From positions 672,001 to 736,000 of the forward strand of contig CAVYRH010000004.1 in assembly GCA_963770835.1 (NCBI GenBank): a DNA stretch of 64,000 nucleotides. Direction: 5' to 3'. The notes under the pieces were generated by a model that saw only the letters and a list, made by a program, of their open reading frames with translations, made no database searches and was not told the origin of the DNA. Shown here one piece after another: positions 10,090 through 20,164 of the stretch. Origin of the DNA: an uncultured Pseudomonadota bacterium. Its GTDB lineage: Bacteria > Oederibacteriota > Muellerivitia > Muellerivitales > Muellerivitaceae. Position numbers and translations under genes: made by a program. The first letter of the stretch is position 1. Each line of letters opens with the position of its first letter.

Positions 10090-10358
10090 GCTGACTCCAC
10101 CCCCCCATGCCATAAGGTGGGGTGCGGTCAAGCATCGCCGGGGAAGATTTTTCCGGCTGCAGGGGCCCCGGGCTTTGCCCAGGGGCCTGCTTTTTACCCG
10201 GTCAGGGTTGCCACCCTGCCGCTGAAATGAAAGTCCGCTGAAGGTTCGCGGTGTTTGCCCGTTTCCTCCGGCCCATCCTTGAAGGGATTTGGGACGACTT
10301 TCCCGCCGAAGAAAATGCTTCCACCGTATCCGTGTCCATGATTTGAAAGGAAAGCTTC

Positions 10359-11987
10359 GTGCAAAATGCGCGCCTCCGTTGTTTGTTCGTTTATCCCCAC
10401 TTTACATCCCAATCCTTCTGGAATTACCGGGCCACCTGCGAGGTGGTGGGCGCCAAGTACCCTGCCGCGCCCTTGGGGCTCATCACGGTGGCCGCCATGC
10501 TTCCCCCCGGCTGGGAGGTGAGGCTCGCCGATTTGAACGCCGAGGAATTGGATAGCCGGGACGTGGAATGGGCGGACATGGTTTTCCTGGGCGGCATGAT
10601 CGCCCAACAGCCCGACCACCTGCACCTCATCGATTATTTCCGGTCCCTGGGAAAGACGGTGGTTGTCGGCGGCCCGGACGCCACTTCCAGCCCCCATCTT
10701 TACGACAAGGCGGATTACCTGGTGTTGGGCGAGGCGGAGATCACCATGTCCCAGTTCCTGGCCGATTATGAAAGGGGAACGGCCCGCCACCGTTACGACG
10801 CCGGGGAAGTGAAAGCCGCGATGGCCGACAGCCCCACGCCGCGGTTCGACCTTCTCAAATTCGAAAACTACCTCCATGTGGGCATCCAGTGGAACCGTGG
10901 CTGTCCCTTCATGTGCGAGTTCTGCGACATCATCGAACTGTTCGGCCGGGTTCCCCGCGGCAAAAGCGTCGAGCAGGTCCTCAATGAACTCCAGGCGCTT
11001 TACGACCTGGGGTACCGGGGCCACATCGACATCGTGGACGATAACTTTATCGGGAACAAAAAAGCGGTCAAGTTATTGCTGCCCCACCTCATCCAGTGGC
11101 TGAAGGACCACCGTTGGCCGTTTGAGTTCAGCACCGAAGCCTCCATGAACCTGGCCGACGACGAGGAGCTGATGGGGATGATGCAGGAAGCGGGGTTCAA
11201 CTGGCTCTTCGTGGGCATCGAGAACCCCGACGAGGACACCCTGAAAGCCACCCAGAAGCGGCAGAACACCCACCGCTCCATCGCCGACAGCATCCACAAG
11301 ATCATGAAGCACGGCATGATCGTGAACGCCGGCTACATCATGGGTTTCGACGGGGAAAAGGAGAATGTGGCCCAGTCCATCCTGGATAACATCGAGGCCA
11401 CGGCCATCCCGGTCAACATGATCGGCCTTCTTTTCGCGCTGCCCAACACCCAGTTGACCCGGCGCCTGGAAAAGGAAGGGCGCCTGGACGCGAATTTCGA
11501 GGTCCCGCCGGACAAGACCGCCTGCCAGTGCGTGGCCGGGTTGAATTTCGCCACCATGCGTCCGCGGTTCAATATCCTCAAGGATTTCCGCCGCGTGGTC
11601 GAGGAAGCCTTCCGGCCCGAGAAATATTTCGGCAGGACCCTCCGGCTGGCCCTGATGCAGGATTGCTCCCTCAAGCGGCTCAAGATTCCATTGAGGAACC
11701 AATTGCGGGATATCCGGTCCTTGTTCCGCCTGACCGGGCGGCTGGGGTTCAAGAAAAACATCCGCCTTCACTATTGGAAGGTCCTGCTAGTTTGCCTGTT
11801 CCGGAATCCCCGGGCGCTCCGTAACGCCGTGTCCTTGATCGCCCTCTACCTGCACTTCGAGACTTTCCGGGACTTCGTGCTGGGTCGACTGGACGATGAG
11901 ATGATCATATTAGAAAAAGAAGGGGATCCTCGCCGGTGGAAGCCAATTATTCAGGGATTTCCCGCGTTGGGGCCTCCCCCGATTTAA
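10359..11987 (+). CDS. Cobalamin-binding radical SAM protein (HpnP/DUF4070-like)
   Basis: N-terminal B12-binding domain (PLGLITVAAMLP, VVGGP), RGCPFMCEFC, DDNFIGN; GTG start after GAAAGGA. Confidence 0.85.
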   Translation: MQNARLRCLFVYPHFTSQSFWNYRATCEVVGAKYPAAPLGLITVAAMLPPGWEVRLADLNAEELDSRDVEWADMVFLGGMIAQQPDHLHLIDYFRSLGKTVVVGGPDATSSPHLYDKADYLVLGEAEITMSQFLADYERGTARHRYDAGEVKAAMADSPTPRFDLLKFENYLHVGIQWNRGCPFMCEFCDIIELFGRVPRGKSVEQVLNELQALYDLGYRGHIDIVDDNFIGNKKAVKLLLPHLIQWLKDHRWPFEFSTEASMNLADDEELMGMMQEAGFNWLFVGIENPDEDTLKATQKRQNTHRSIADSIHKIMKHGMIVNAGYIMGFDGEKENVAQSILDNIEATAIPVNMIGLLFALPNTQLTRRLEKEGRLDANFEVPPDKTACQCVAGLNFATMRPRFNILKDFRRVVEEAFRPEKYFGRTLRLALMQDCSLKRLKIPLRNQLRDIRSLFRLTGRLGFKKNIRLHYWKVLLVCLFRNPRALRNAVSLIALYLHFETFRDFVLGRLDDEMIILEKEGDPRRWKPIIQGFPALGPPPI

Positions 11988-12029
11988 GAAGTCCACTTCA
12001 GACCGGTGGATTGACCAAGGAGAACCGGA

Positions 12030-12224
12030 ATGTCCAGTTGGTCTTGTCCTCATCAAACCGGCGATTATTACTGCCAAAGGGTGAAAAGGGATTGCGAACC
12101 CGGCATGAAGGGCTGTGTCCTGCGCGGCAAGGTGCGGTTCGCTAAAGACGAGGACCTTTTTTCGGATGGCAAAAGAATGGAATCGGAAGTAAAAAACACC
12201 CGAAAAAGAAGCAAAGCTTCCTAA
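12030..12224 (+). CDS. Small four-cysteine protein (64 aa)
   Basis: AAGGAG RBS; WSCPH...YCQRVKRDCEPGMKGCVL; ends 1 bp before the next gene. Confidence 0.65.
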   Translation: MSSWSCPHQTGDYYCQRVKRDCEPGMKGCVLRGKVRFAKDEDLFSDGKRMESEVKNTRKRSKAS

Positions 12225-12225
12225 A

Positions 12226-12942
12226 ATGTCGTTTGTGAAAAGCACCCAAAACCAAGAATATCAAAAACTCGCGGCTGCGGCGGTCTTCGCGGCGGCCATG
12301 GGCTTCCTCGAAAGCGCCGTGGTGGTCTACCTGCGGCGGTTGTATTACCCGGGCGGTTTCGCCTTTCCGTTGAACCCGCTCATGGACCCCAAGATCATGG
12401 CCGTTGAGGGCGCGAGGGAAATTTCGACCCTCATCATGCTCCTGGCCGTGGCTTATTTGGCCGGCGTCAACTGGAAGGACCGTTTCGCCTATTTCCTGCT
12501 GACTTTCGCGGTCTGGGACATCTTCTACTATATCGGGCTGAAAGCCGTATTGAATTGGCCGGATTCCTTCCAAACCTTCGACATCCTGTTCCTGATTCCT
12601 TGGCCCTGGGTGAGCCCGGTACTGGCTCCCGTTATGGCGTCCCTGACGATGATCCTCCTCGCGCTCTGCCTCCTTAATTCCAAAAGCAATCCCAATTCCA
12701 CCGAATGGACTTTATGGATCGCGGGCAGTTTTGTGATATTGGCGACGTTCCTCTCCGATTACGGGCGGCTGATCGCGGAAGGGCATTACCTCAAGGATTT
12801 TCTCAACCTGGCCGCCAACCCGGAATTCCAAAAGGCGCTTTCCAACCATGTACCGGGGAATTACAACTGGATCTTGTTTATCGTTGGAGAAACCGTGATT
12901 TTGGCTGGCATTTACGTATTCCACCGAAGGACAAGAGAATAA
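12226..12942 (+). CDS. Hypothetical integral membrane protein
   Basis: Several hydrophobic helices; ESAVVVYLR, WDIFYY, LIPWPW motifs. Confidence 0.75.
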   Translation: MSFVKSTQNQEYQKLAAAAVFAAAMGFLESAVVVYLRRLYYPGGFAFPLNPLMDPKIMAVEGAREISTLIMLLAVAYLAGVNWKDRFAYFLLTFAVWDIFYYIGLKAVLNWPDSFQTFDILFLIPWPWVSPVLAPVMASLTMILLALCLLNSKSNPNSTEWTLWIAGSFVILATFLSDYGRLIAEGHYLKDFLNLAANPEFQKALSNHVPGNYNWILFIVGETVILAGIYVFHRRTRE

Positions 12943-13156
12943 ACTTTTGTCGTTCAGCAAGTTTTTCACGCTCTTTCATTTCCTTTTTTAAAAATTCGAG
13001 TAATTGTCCGTTCATTCGAAAGCTTTTGTTTGTCTTGATGGTTGGGAATGGGCGGATGAATTCGTACTTGAAAAGGTTCCCTTCCTTTTATACGCTACCT
13101 TGGTTGCCTTCCCCCAGCCTGGGGGGTGGAGAACCCGTTTTTTTGAAAGGATTTTT

Positions 13157-13840
13157 ATGTTTGATAACATGCCCGAGGCCATTTCCTCTTTCGCGCCGGA
13201 CATCGACTATCTTCTTAAGTTAATCTATGTCTTGACCGGCATCTTTTTTGTCGGCCTGGAAGGCTATCTGGTCTACCTCGTTTTCAGGTACCGCTACAAA
13301 AAAGGGCAGGCGGCAAAATACGAGCATGGCAGCCGGGCGCAGATCCAATGGATACTGGCCTTCACGCTGATCATCATTGTCCTGGATTTTTTCATCGACT
13401 ACAAAGGAGCACATGTTTGGGCGACGGTGAAGGAGGAACTGCCCGCCTGCGATTTGACGGTCAAGGTCCAAGCCAAGCAGTTCGACTGGACCTTTTTCTA
13501 CCCCGATAAGGACGGGACTTTCGGGCCCAACGCCATTTCCTCCTACCGGGAGTTCCACGTGCCCGTCGGGAAGAAGATCCACGTGATCCTGACCTCCCTG
13601 GACGTCATCCACGATTTTTTCCTGCCGGAAGTCCGCCTGAAGCAGGATGTGATGCCCCAGCGGTTCATCAATGAATGGTTCGACACCCAGAAGGTAGGGA
13701 CTTACAACATCGTTTGCGATGAGCTGTGCGGTTACGGTCATACCCGCATGACGGCGGTGCTGCACGTGGATGACCAGCAAACCTTCGACGATTGGTTGGC
13801 CGCGAAACAAAAAGAACAGCAGGGAGGGACAGCCCAATGA
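13157..13840 (+). CDS. coxB: Cytochrome c oxidase subunit II (CuA)
   Basis: Two TM helices, DVIHDF, CDELCGYGHTRM CuA ligands. Confidence 0.92.
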   Translation: MFDNMPEAISSFAPDIDYLLKLIYVLTGIFFVGLEGYLVYLVFRYRYKKGQAAKYEHGSRAQIQWILAFTLIIIVLDFFIDYKGAHVWATVKEELPACDLTVKVQAKQFDWTFFYPDKDGTFGPNAISSYREFHVPVGKKIHVILTSLDVIHDFFLPEVRLKQDVMPQRFINEWFDTQKVGTYNIVCDELCGYGHTRMTAVLHVDDQQTFDDWLAAKQKEQQGGTAQ

Positions 13841-15552
13841 GCCAGGAAGAGCACGCGCAAGGGGAACACGGATATGAGGAGCACGCACACGGGCACCAGC
13901 AAAGCTTCCTAAGCCATTACATTTTCTCGACGGACCATAAGATGATCGGGAAGCAGTTCCTCCTGCTTGCCGCCTTCATGGCCTGTTTCGGCGGGTTCAT
14001 GGCCTATCTCATCCGCTGGGAAGTGGCTTTCCCCAACACCCCGGCCCCCTTCTTCGGGCTGGTGACCCCCGACAAGTTCAACGCCATCATCACCCTGCAC
14101 GGGACCATCATGATCTTCTTCGTGGGAATGCCCTTCCTTTCGGCCTTTCCCTCCAATTTCCTGGTGCCGCTCATGCTGGGGGCGAGGGACATGGCTTTCC
14201 CCAAACTGAACATGGCTTCCTTCTGGCTGACCTTTACGGGAGCCGTCCTTATCATTTCTTCCATATTTGTTCCCGGGGGCCCTGTGGCAGGCGGTTGGGT
14301 GGGTTATCCCCCCCTCTCGGCCAGTTCGGAATTCACCGGCGTCAAAGACGGGGCGATCCTCTGGATCCTGGCCCTCGCCTGCGCCTTGATCTCCTCCAGC
14401 ATCGGGGGCTTGAACTACCTGGTGACGGCCGCCACCTTGAGGGCGCCGGGTATGACGGTAGACCGGATTCCCATGACCGTCTGGTTCCTTTTGGCCTCGG
14501 CCATCACCTTTTTCTTCTCCGCAGGGCCCATCATCGCGGGCGCCTTCATGATGTTCATGGACAACGCCTTCGGCACGGGTTTTTTCCTTCCGCAGAAGGG
14601 CGGGGAACCCATGCTGTGGGAGCACTTGTTCTGGTTTTTCGGGCACCCTGAGGTTTACGTGCTCTTTTTCCCGGCCCTGGGGTTTGGATTGGACATCATG
14701 GCCACCTTCACCCGGAAGCCCGTCTTCGGCTACAAGCTCATCCTTTGGTGCACGGGCATCGCGGTGGCCTTGAGCTACATCGTTTGGGCCCACCATATGT
14801 TCATGTCGGGGTTGAACCCTTTCCTGGCCACGCCTTTTTCCATCACCACGATCCTCATTTCAGTGCCTTTCGCCATCATCATCTTCTGCATGTTCGCGAC
14901 CCTGCGGCACGGGTCCATCCGGCTGGAACTTCCCATGCTGTGGATTTTGGGCTTCCTGGCGACATTCCTCGTCGGCGGTTTGACGGGCATCTTTTTGGGT
15001 TCGGCCACGGCGGACATTTACCTCCATGGGACTTATTTCGTCATCGCCCATTTCCATTACACCCTTTTTCCCTCGGTGTTCTTCGGGGGGTTCGGGGCCG
15101 TTTATTACTGGTTCCCCAAGATCTACGGCCGCAAAATGAACGAAAAGCTGGGCTTCCTGCACCTGGCCCTGACTTTCATCTTTTTCAACGGGACTTTCTG
15201 GCCCTTATTCAGGGTCGGGATGGGAGGGATGATCCGCCGCATCGCGGACCCGTCCTTTTATCCCCAATACCACCAGTTCCAGGGCCTGAACGCCTTCTCA
15301 ACCGTTTCCGCCATTTGCCTGATCATGAGCCAGGTGATTTTCCTTTGGAACATGGTCTTGAGCCTGGCCCATGGGCCGAAAGCCGAGAAAAACCCCTACC
15401 AATCCAACACCCTGGAATGGATAGCCGATTCACCCCCGCCCCACGGCAATTGGGGGGACACCCTGCCGGTGGTGACCTGTGGGCCCTATGAGTACAGCAA
15501 GCCCGGGGAAGCGGATGATTGGCACCCCCAGGCCACCAATCTTCCCGTTTAA
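13837..15552 (+). CDS. coxA: Heme-copper oxidase subunit I, type A1
   Basis: TDHKMIG, HGTIM, GHPEVY, WAHHMF, HFHY; His-rich N-terminal tail; ATGA overlap with coxB. Confidence 0.95.
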   Translation: MSQEEHAQGEHGYEEHAHGHQQSFLSHYIFSTDHKMIGKQFLLLAAFMACFGGFMAYLIRWEVAFPNTPAPFFGLVTPDKFNAIITLHGTIMIFFVGMPFLSAFPSNFLVPLMLGARDMAFPKLNMASFWLTFTGAVLIISSIFVPGGPVAGGWVGYPPLSASSEFTGVKDGAILWILALACALISSSIGGLNYLVTAATLRAPGMTVDRIPMTVWFLLASAITFFFSAGPIIAGAFMMFMDNAFGTGFFLPQKGGEPMLWEHLFWFFGHPEVYVLFFPALGFGLDIMATFTRKPVFGYKLILWCTGIAVALSYIVWAHHMFMSGLNPFLATPFSITTILISVPFAIIIFCMFATLRHGSIRLELPMLWILGFLATFLVGGLTGIFLGSATADIYLHGTYFVIAHFHYTLFPSVFFGGFGAVYYWFPKIYGRKMNEKLGFLHLALTFIFFNGTFWPLFRVGMGGMIRRIADPSFYPQYHQFQGLNAFSTVSAICLIMSQVIFLWNMVLSLAHGPKAEKNPYQSNTLEWIADSPPPHGNWGDTLPVVTCGPYEYSKPGEADDWHPQATNLPV

Positions 15553-15561
15553 GGAGCCCTT

Positions 15562-16188
15562 ATGGAAAAGAACGCCGCTGTGCCGGTCGTTGGTTTTCAA
15601 CCCGGTGACCAATTGCCCACGGGCAATTATTCCGGCCCTGTGGGGCTGACCCCCGGGCGCTTGGGCATCTGGGTCCTGATCGCTTCCGAAATCGTGCTCT
15701 TCGCGGGGCTGCTGGGTTCCTTCATCCTCATGCGGCTGATCAACCCTGCCTGGGCGGAAGAGGCCCGACATTTGAACCTTTACGCCGGGACGCTCAACTC
15801 GCTGGTCCTCATCACCAGCAATTTTTTCATGATGAAATCTTCCAAATCTGTCGCTGAGGAAAGAACGGACGATGCCAAGAAATTCATGGTGTTCACCATG
15901 GTTTTAGGAATTGTCTTTTTGGGGATAAAAGCTTTCGAGTATTCGGGCGAGTTCGCCCATGGGGAGTTCCCCACGAGCGGGGGGTTTTGGTCCTTTTATT
16001 TCTTAATGACGGGAATCCATGCGCTTCATATCATCGGAGGGCTCATCGCCATCCTCCTGCTGTGGTTTAAAACCCGGCACGAGCCCCTTCTTTCCTTGAG
16101 CAGCCGGGCCAATATTACGGGTATCTATTGGTCTTTCGTGGAAGTGGTCTGGATTTTCCTATTCCCCCTGCTTTATTTACTGGCTTAA
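15562..16188 (+). CDS. coxC: Heme-copper oxidase subunit III (copy 1)
   Basis: SEIVLF, TGIHALHI, YWSFVEVVW motifs. Confidence 0.88.
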   Translation: MEKNAAVPVVGFQPGDQLPTGNYSGPVGLTPGRLGIWVLIASEIVLFAGLLGSFILMRLINPAWAEEARHLNLYAGTLNSLVLITSNFFMMKSSKSVAEERTDDAKKFMVFTMVLGIVFLGIKAFEYSGEFAHGEFPTSGGFWSFYFLMTGIHALHIIGGLIAILLLWFKTRHEPLLSLSSRANITGIYWSFVEVVWIFLFPLLYLLA

Positions 16189-16198
16189 GGAGGCCGAC

Positions 16199-16495
16199 AT
16201 GAGTTCCAAGGCATCGACGAATCACGCCGCTATTTTTTCCAGTTTGTTGGTTCTTTCCCTCTGCGCGGTGGGGATCACCTTCCTGCACCTTTCGATCATG
16301 GCCAATAACCTCGCCATTTTCGGCGTGGCGGCGGTGATGGCGGGCTTGGTCCTGTTCCAATACATGAACCTTAAAGGGGAGGGGGGATTGATTTATTGGG
16401 TCCTCATCGTCCCCTTGGCGCTATTCGCCATCCTCCTATTTTTGCTCATGCCTGATGTTTGCCATTTCTCCGTTGATTTCTTGCGGGGCCTTTGA
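16199..16495 (+). CDS. Heme-copper oxidase subunit IV family protein (copy 1)
   Basis: Three TM helices, QYMNLK motif, located in the cox operon. Confidence 0.75.
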   Translation: MSSKASTNHAAIFSSLLVLSLCAVGITFLHLSIMANNLAIFGVAAVMAGLVLFQYMNLKGEGGLIYWVLIVPLALFAILLFLLMPDVCHFSVDFLRGL

Positions 16496-16540
16496 TTTCC
16501 TTAGGGGATCAATCAGCTTTATTTTTAAAAGGCTGGTGAA

Positions 16541-17119
16541 ATGACGGTTACCACCATGGATTCCAACCAACGAAATTTGATTTCCGCCAAACTGGGGATT
16601 TTGCTTTTCATTACCGCCGAAGTCATGTTTTTCTCCGGCCTGATCAGCGCCTTTGTCGTGTTCCGCTTCAGCCCCGTTTCGTGGCCCCCGCCGGGCCAGC
16701 CCCGGCTTCCCCTTGGGGTCACAGCCTTTAATACCCTGGTGCTTCTCTTAAGCGGGGTGACCTTTCAACTGGCTTTCCGGGCCCTGAAATCCGTACGGTA
16801 TCAGGCATTTAAAAAGCTCCTGACCTGGACGGGAGCCCTGGGGGCACTTTTTCTTTGCGTTCAAGGATTTGAGTGGATTCGATTACTTCATTATGGGTTG
16901 ACCTTGCACTCCAGCATTTTTGGAGGGTTTTTCTATTGCCTCGTTGGGACCCATGGCCTTCACGTCTTGGGGGGGCTTATCGCCTTGCTATGGGTCTTGA
17001 AGCGGGCATGGGCGGATGCTTATGATTCTACCCAGGCCCTCGGCGTGGAAATCTGCAGGATCTACTGGTTTTTCGTCGTGGGTCTTTGGCCCATTATCTT
17101 CTTCCTGGTTTATTTATAA
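16541..17119 (+). CDS. Heme-copper oxidase subunit III (copy 2)
   Basis: AEVMFF, GTHGLHV, YWFFVVGLW motifs. Confidence 0.85.
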   Translation: MTVTTMDSNQRNLISAKLGILLFITAEVMFFSGLISAFVVFRFSPVSWPPPGQPRLPLGVTAFNTLVLLLSGVTFQLAFRALKSVRYQAFKKLLTWTGALGALFLCVQGFEWIRLLHYGLTLHSSIFGGFFYCLVGTHGLHVLGGLIALLWVLKRAWADAYDSTQALGVEICRIYWFFVVGLWPIIFFLVYL

Positions 17120-17359
17120 ATGGACGCCCTGATGACTAAAAAGAGTAATTTTTTTATTTTGACTTTGATCCGCCGATGGATGCCCGTGGTTTTATGGGGC
17201 ATGCCTTGGTTCGCACGAGCTTGTCCCCGATGCGTGGATGCAACCCCCTACCGTTCAGGCCTTCAACTGGCCGTTGCCGTCCTTCTTCCATTGCCTTTTG
17301 CCTTAGGATTTTTTCTATACCGGTTCCTTCGCCGCGCCTTGGCTTCGGAACCGAAATAA
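17120..17359 (+). CDS. Small membrane protein with a CxxC motif (ACPRC)
   Basis: Abuts the second subunit III gene; signal-like segment, CPRC, C-terminal TM helix. Confidence 0.55.
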   Translation: MDALMTKKSNFFILTLIRRWMPVVLWGMPWFARACPRCVDATPYRSGLQLAVAVLLPLPFALGFFLYRFLRRALASEPK

Positions 17360-17572
17360 ACCTTCATATTTTTTGGTCCCCCCGGCTCATTTCCAGTAAA
17401 CCCTTATTCCGCATGCCTTGGCAAATCCGCCGCGTTACAGGCCTTGTTTTTCCTCCCGAATAAAACCTAGCTTTAAAATTAGTTCATATTGGGCCTGATT
17501 TCACCCGAATCAACAAATTTTCACACCCGCGGTCCGGGGGTGGGAGGGCCCAAGATGAGGAGGGAGGAGGCC

Positions 17573-17863
17573 ATGGCCCCTAAAAATAGTCCCAGTTCCC
17601 ATGAAATAACCTTCGGCTTGCTGTTCCTATTGGTGTTTTGTTCGGTGGGGGCAAGGTTGATCGATTTTCCGCCACTGACGAATAACCTAATTATCTTTGC
17701 TTCGGCGTTTTCGATGGCGGTCTTGGTTATTACCCAGTATATGGGCCTCAAGATCGAGGGAATGGTGGTGAGATTGACGGTGGCGGTACCTTTAATTCTT
17801 TTCGCCGTCCTAGTGGGAATCTTATTAATGGATATCGCCCATGTGCCACTGCCCCATCTTTGA
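17573..17863 (+). CDS. Heme-copper oxidase subunit IV family protein (copy 2)
   Basis: Paralog of 16199-16495 (NNL.IF, QYM.LK.EG, VPL.LFA); GGAGGAGG RBS. Confidence 0.7.
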   Translation: MAPKNSPSSHEITFGLLFLLVFCSVGARLIDFPPLTNNLIIFASAFSMAVLVITQYMGLKIEGMVVRLTVAVPLILFAVLVGILLMDIAHVPLPHL

Positions 17864-17957
17864 TCCACCCGTACTCCGGGTAAGACCTTTCTCGAGCTTC
17901 GTGGAGTCCCCGGGCAAGGCCGGGGGTGAAAGGCGGCGTCTTTAAAGCCTCCGTCAT

Positions 17958-17979
17958 CAATATGACCCGGATCATATTG
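17958..17979 (+). promoter_or_regulatory. Crp/Fnr-type site CAAT-ATGACCCGGATCAT-ATTG
   Basis: Extended palindrome; TAAACT at 17998-18003 (22 bp gap). Confidence 0.7.
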
Positions 17980-18040
17980 GGCCCTGTTTTGTCCTCTTAA
18001 ACTAGGACGCTACCTCCAACACGGGGGTGGAGGAGGCTTT

Positions 18041-18862
18041 ATGATCGCTGTCCAGTCAAAACCCGAGGAGACCACCCCGGAAACGTTCGAGAAATTTGAC
18101 AAGCCAAACGCCAAGAATTGGGATGGCCTTTCCCGCATGGCCTTCGCGGCCAATTGGGACCCGGAGTCCGCCATCAACTGGGACCTGCCGATTGAATTGG
18201 GCCAGGTGAGGGAAGGATGGATCAATATCCTGCATTACTTCTATGAGGGGGAATGGCAGGGGCTGGAAATCATCCAACGGCTGATGAACAAGGCATCGCA
18301 CTTATTCAAAAATCCGGAGATGGTGACTTACTATTCCACCCAATGCAGTGATGAGGCAAAACACCTGTTCGTCTTCCGCCGGTACCTCCAAAAACTTAAT
18401 TCGCCTCCCTCCAAGCAAAAGGCCTTCGACCTCCTGGTCTGGTTGGCGACTTCCGGGCCCATGGCAGTGGAACGCTGGATTCTCGGGACTTTCTTCACTG
18501 AAACCATGGCGGGAGCCATATTCCAGAAAACCCTGGAACTCCCGGCGATCGACCCCACGGGCAAGGAAATGATCCGCTGGCAGTTGAAGGACGAATCCCG
18601 GCATATCGCGGGCACCAAATTAGGGGTTCAAACCCTCATGAATCATTGTGGGCCCGTGAAAACCCGGATCCTGAAACTTTGGTGGAAGCTATTCGTGAAG
18701 CTGGCGATTAAGGAAGTGCGGGCTTTAAAGCCTTATGGCGACCAAGTTGGCATGGATCCGGAGTACATATTGAGGCGGTCCTTCGCCAAAATGGCGGAGC
18801 TCAAGGAATTCCAAGAAAAGTTCCTCGATAATCCCCAAGCCCGGTTTTTTCTGAGGGGTTGA
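18041..18862 (+). CDS. Ferritin-like di-iron protein (AurF/desaturase-like fold)
   Basis: Paired ExxH motifs SDEAKH and KDESRH with upstream Glu residues. Confidence 0.75.
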   Translation: MIAVQSKPEETTPETFEKFDKPNAKNWDGLSRMAFAANWDPESAINWDLPIELGQVREGWINILHYFYEGEWQGLEIIQRLMNKASHLFKNPEMVTYYSTQCSDEAKHLFVFRRYLQKLNSPPSKQKAFDLLVWLATSGPMAVERWILGTFFTETMAGAIFQKTLELPAIDPTGKEMIRWQLKDESRHIAGTKLGVQTLMNHCGPVKTRILKLWWKLFVKLAIKEVRALKPYGDQVGMDPEYILRRSFAKMAELKEFQEKFLDNPQARFFLRG

Positions 18863-20139
18863 TGATGGAATCCAACTCGTTTCAGGGTTCTTTTTTCCGG
18901 TTCACTAGCCGGTTTACCCAATGGTTCCCCCATGGGGGGGCGAAACTCTTGGACGGCCTTTTTTTCCCAATTTTGAGCAACGGATTCCTATTGCGCCATT
19001 TTCAAGGCAGGAATTTGAAAATGTTGAAGGGCATTCGTTCCTTTCGCCGCCTGCTCGTCATTGCGGACATCCATATCGGCGACGCCGTCCTGGCCCAGAC
19101 GGCCGTGCCGGCCTTAAAGGATTTTTTCCCCGAAGCCCAAGTGGATTTCGCGGTCAAGAAGTCCGTGGGGAGCCTTGTGGGGGGCCATCCCGACCTCTCA
19201 CAGGTCTGGCCCATCTTCACAGGCGGGCAATTTCCCAATGCGGGGGATATCCTTGGCATCCAGGAACTATCGGCGGAGTACGACGCCGTTTTCAATTTTT
19301 GCCCCTTCTTCGGGGAGAATCATTTCCCCAAGGAAAGCAGGGTTTTCCACGTTACGAGCCATGTCTCCGTTTTTGCCCGCAATGAACGGAGGCCGGACCC
19401 GCCGAACCATATCACTTACCAAGTCCATCGGTTTATTTATGACCTGTTATCATCCTTGTTTCCGATCCGCCGGGCCCGCCTTTTCGAGAGCCCGCAAGTT
19501 TCCCTGTCGCCGGAAGCGATACGGGAAGCGAACGATTTCATGCAATCCTTCACCCCGCCGGATGGGGACGCCGTTGTGTTCCTCAACCCCGATACCGCCT
19601 CGCCCTTTACCCAGATTCCTTTCCGGTTCCAAGCGGAGATTCTGAAAGGCCTCGCCGACTTACCCTGCCGAATTCTTTTGGGCGAGGGGCACACCGACAG
19701 GGGAATCGGCGAAAAATTATTATGGACCCTCCCGCTCCTAAAACGCGGCCGGGTTCAACTGGTTCCCGCCAGGCTTTCCCTGGAAACCTACACGGCTTTA
19801 ATCGACCACAGCGATTTATTTCTTTCGGGCGATACGGGGCCCCTCCACCTGGCGGCTGCCCGCAAAACGGACAAGAGTGGAAAAAGTCAACTGCACAACC
19901 GCACGACGGTTTTCAGCGTATTCGGGGCCACCCCTCCCCGTTTTTCGGGATATGACTCCGGCCCGGGGTTCTTGGAGAGTGGACAGGATGCACCCGCCAA
20001 AGCCTACCAATCGGAAAGCGCTTGTCGGAACATCACTTGCATTCACAAGATGGGAAAGGTTTGTGACGCGAAGGGTTGCTTTGAGGATCTTGACTCAAAA
20101 AAAATACTAGCCGATATCCGAACCCGGATAGGGGGTTGA
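18862..20139 (+). CDS. Glycosyltransferase family 9 (heptosyltransferase-like)
   Basis: HIGDAVL, SGDTGPLHLAAA, VFGAT motifs. Confidence 0.85.
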   Translation: MMESNSFQGSFFRFTSRFTQWFPHGGAKLLDGLFFPILSNGFLLRHFQGRNLKMLKGIRSFRRLLVIADIHIGDAVLAQTAVPALKDFFPEAQVDFAVKKSVGSLVGGHPDLSQVWPIFTGGQFPNAGDILGIQELSAEYDAVFNFCPFFGENHFPKESRVFHVTSHVSVFARNERRPDPPNHITYQVHRFIYDLLSSLFPIRRARLFESPQVSLSPEAIREANDFMQSFTPPDGDAVVFLNPDTASPFTQIPFRFQAEILKGLADLPCRILLGEGHTDRGIGEKLLWTLPLLKRGRVQLVPARLSLETYTALIDHSDLFLSGDTGPLHLAAARKTDKSGKSQLHNRTTVFSVFGATPPRFSGYDSGPGFLESGQDAPAKAYQSESACRNITCIHKMGKVCDAKGCFEDLDSKKILADIRTRIGG

Positions 20140-20164
20140 AGGCTTTCTGCACTGGAAGCGGTTC

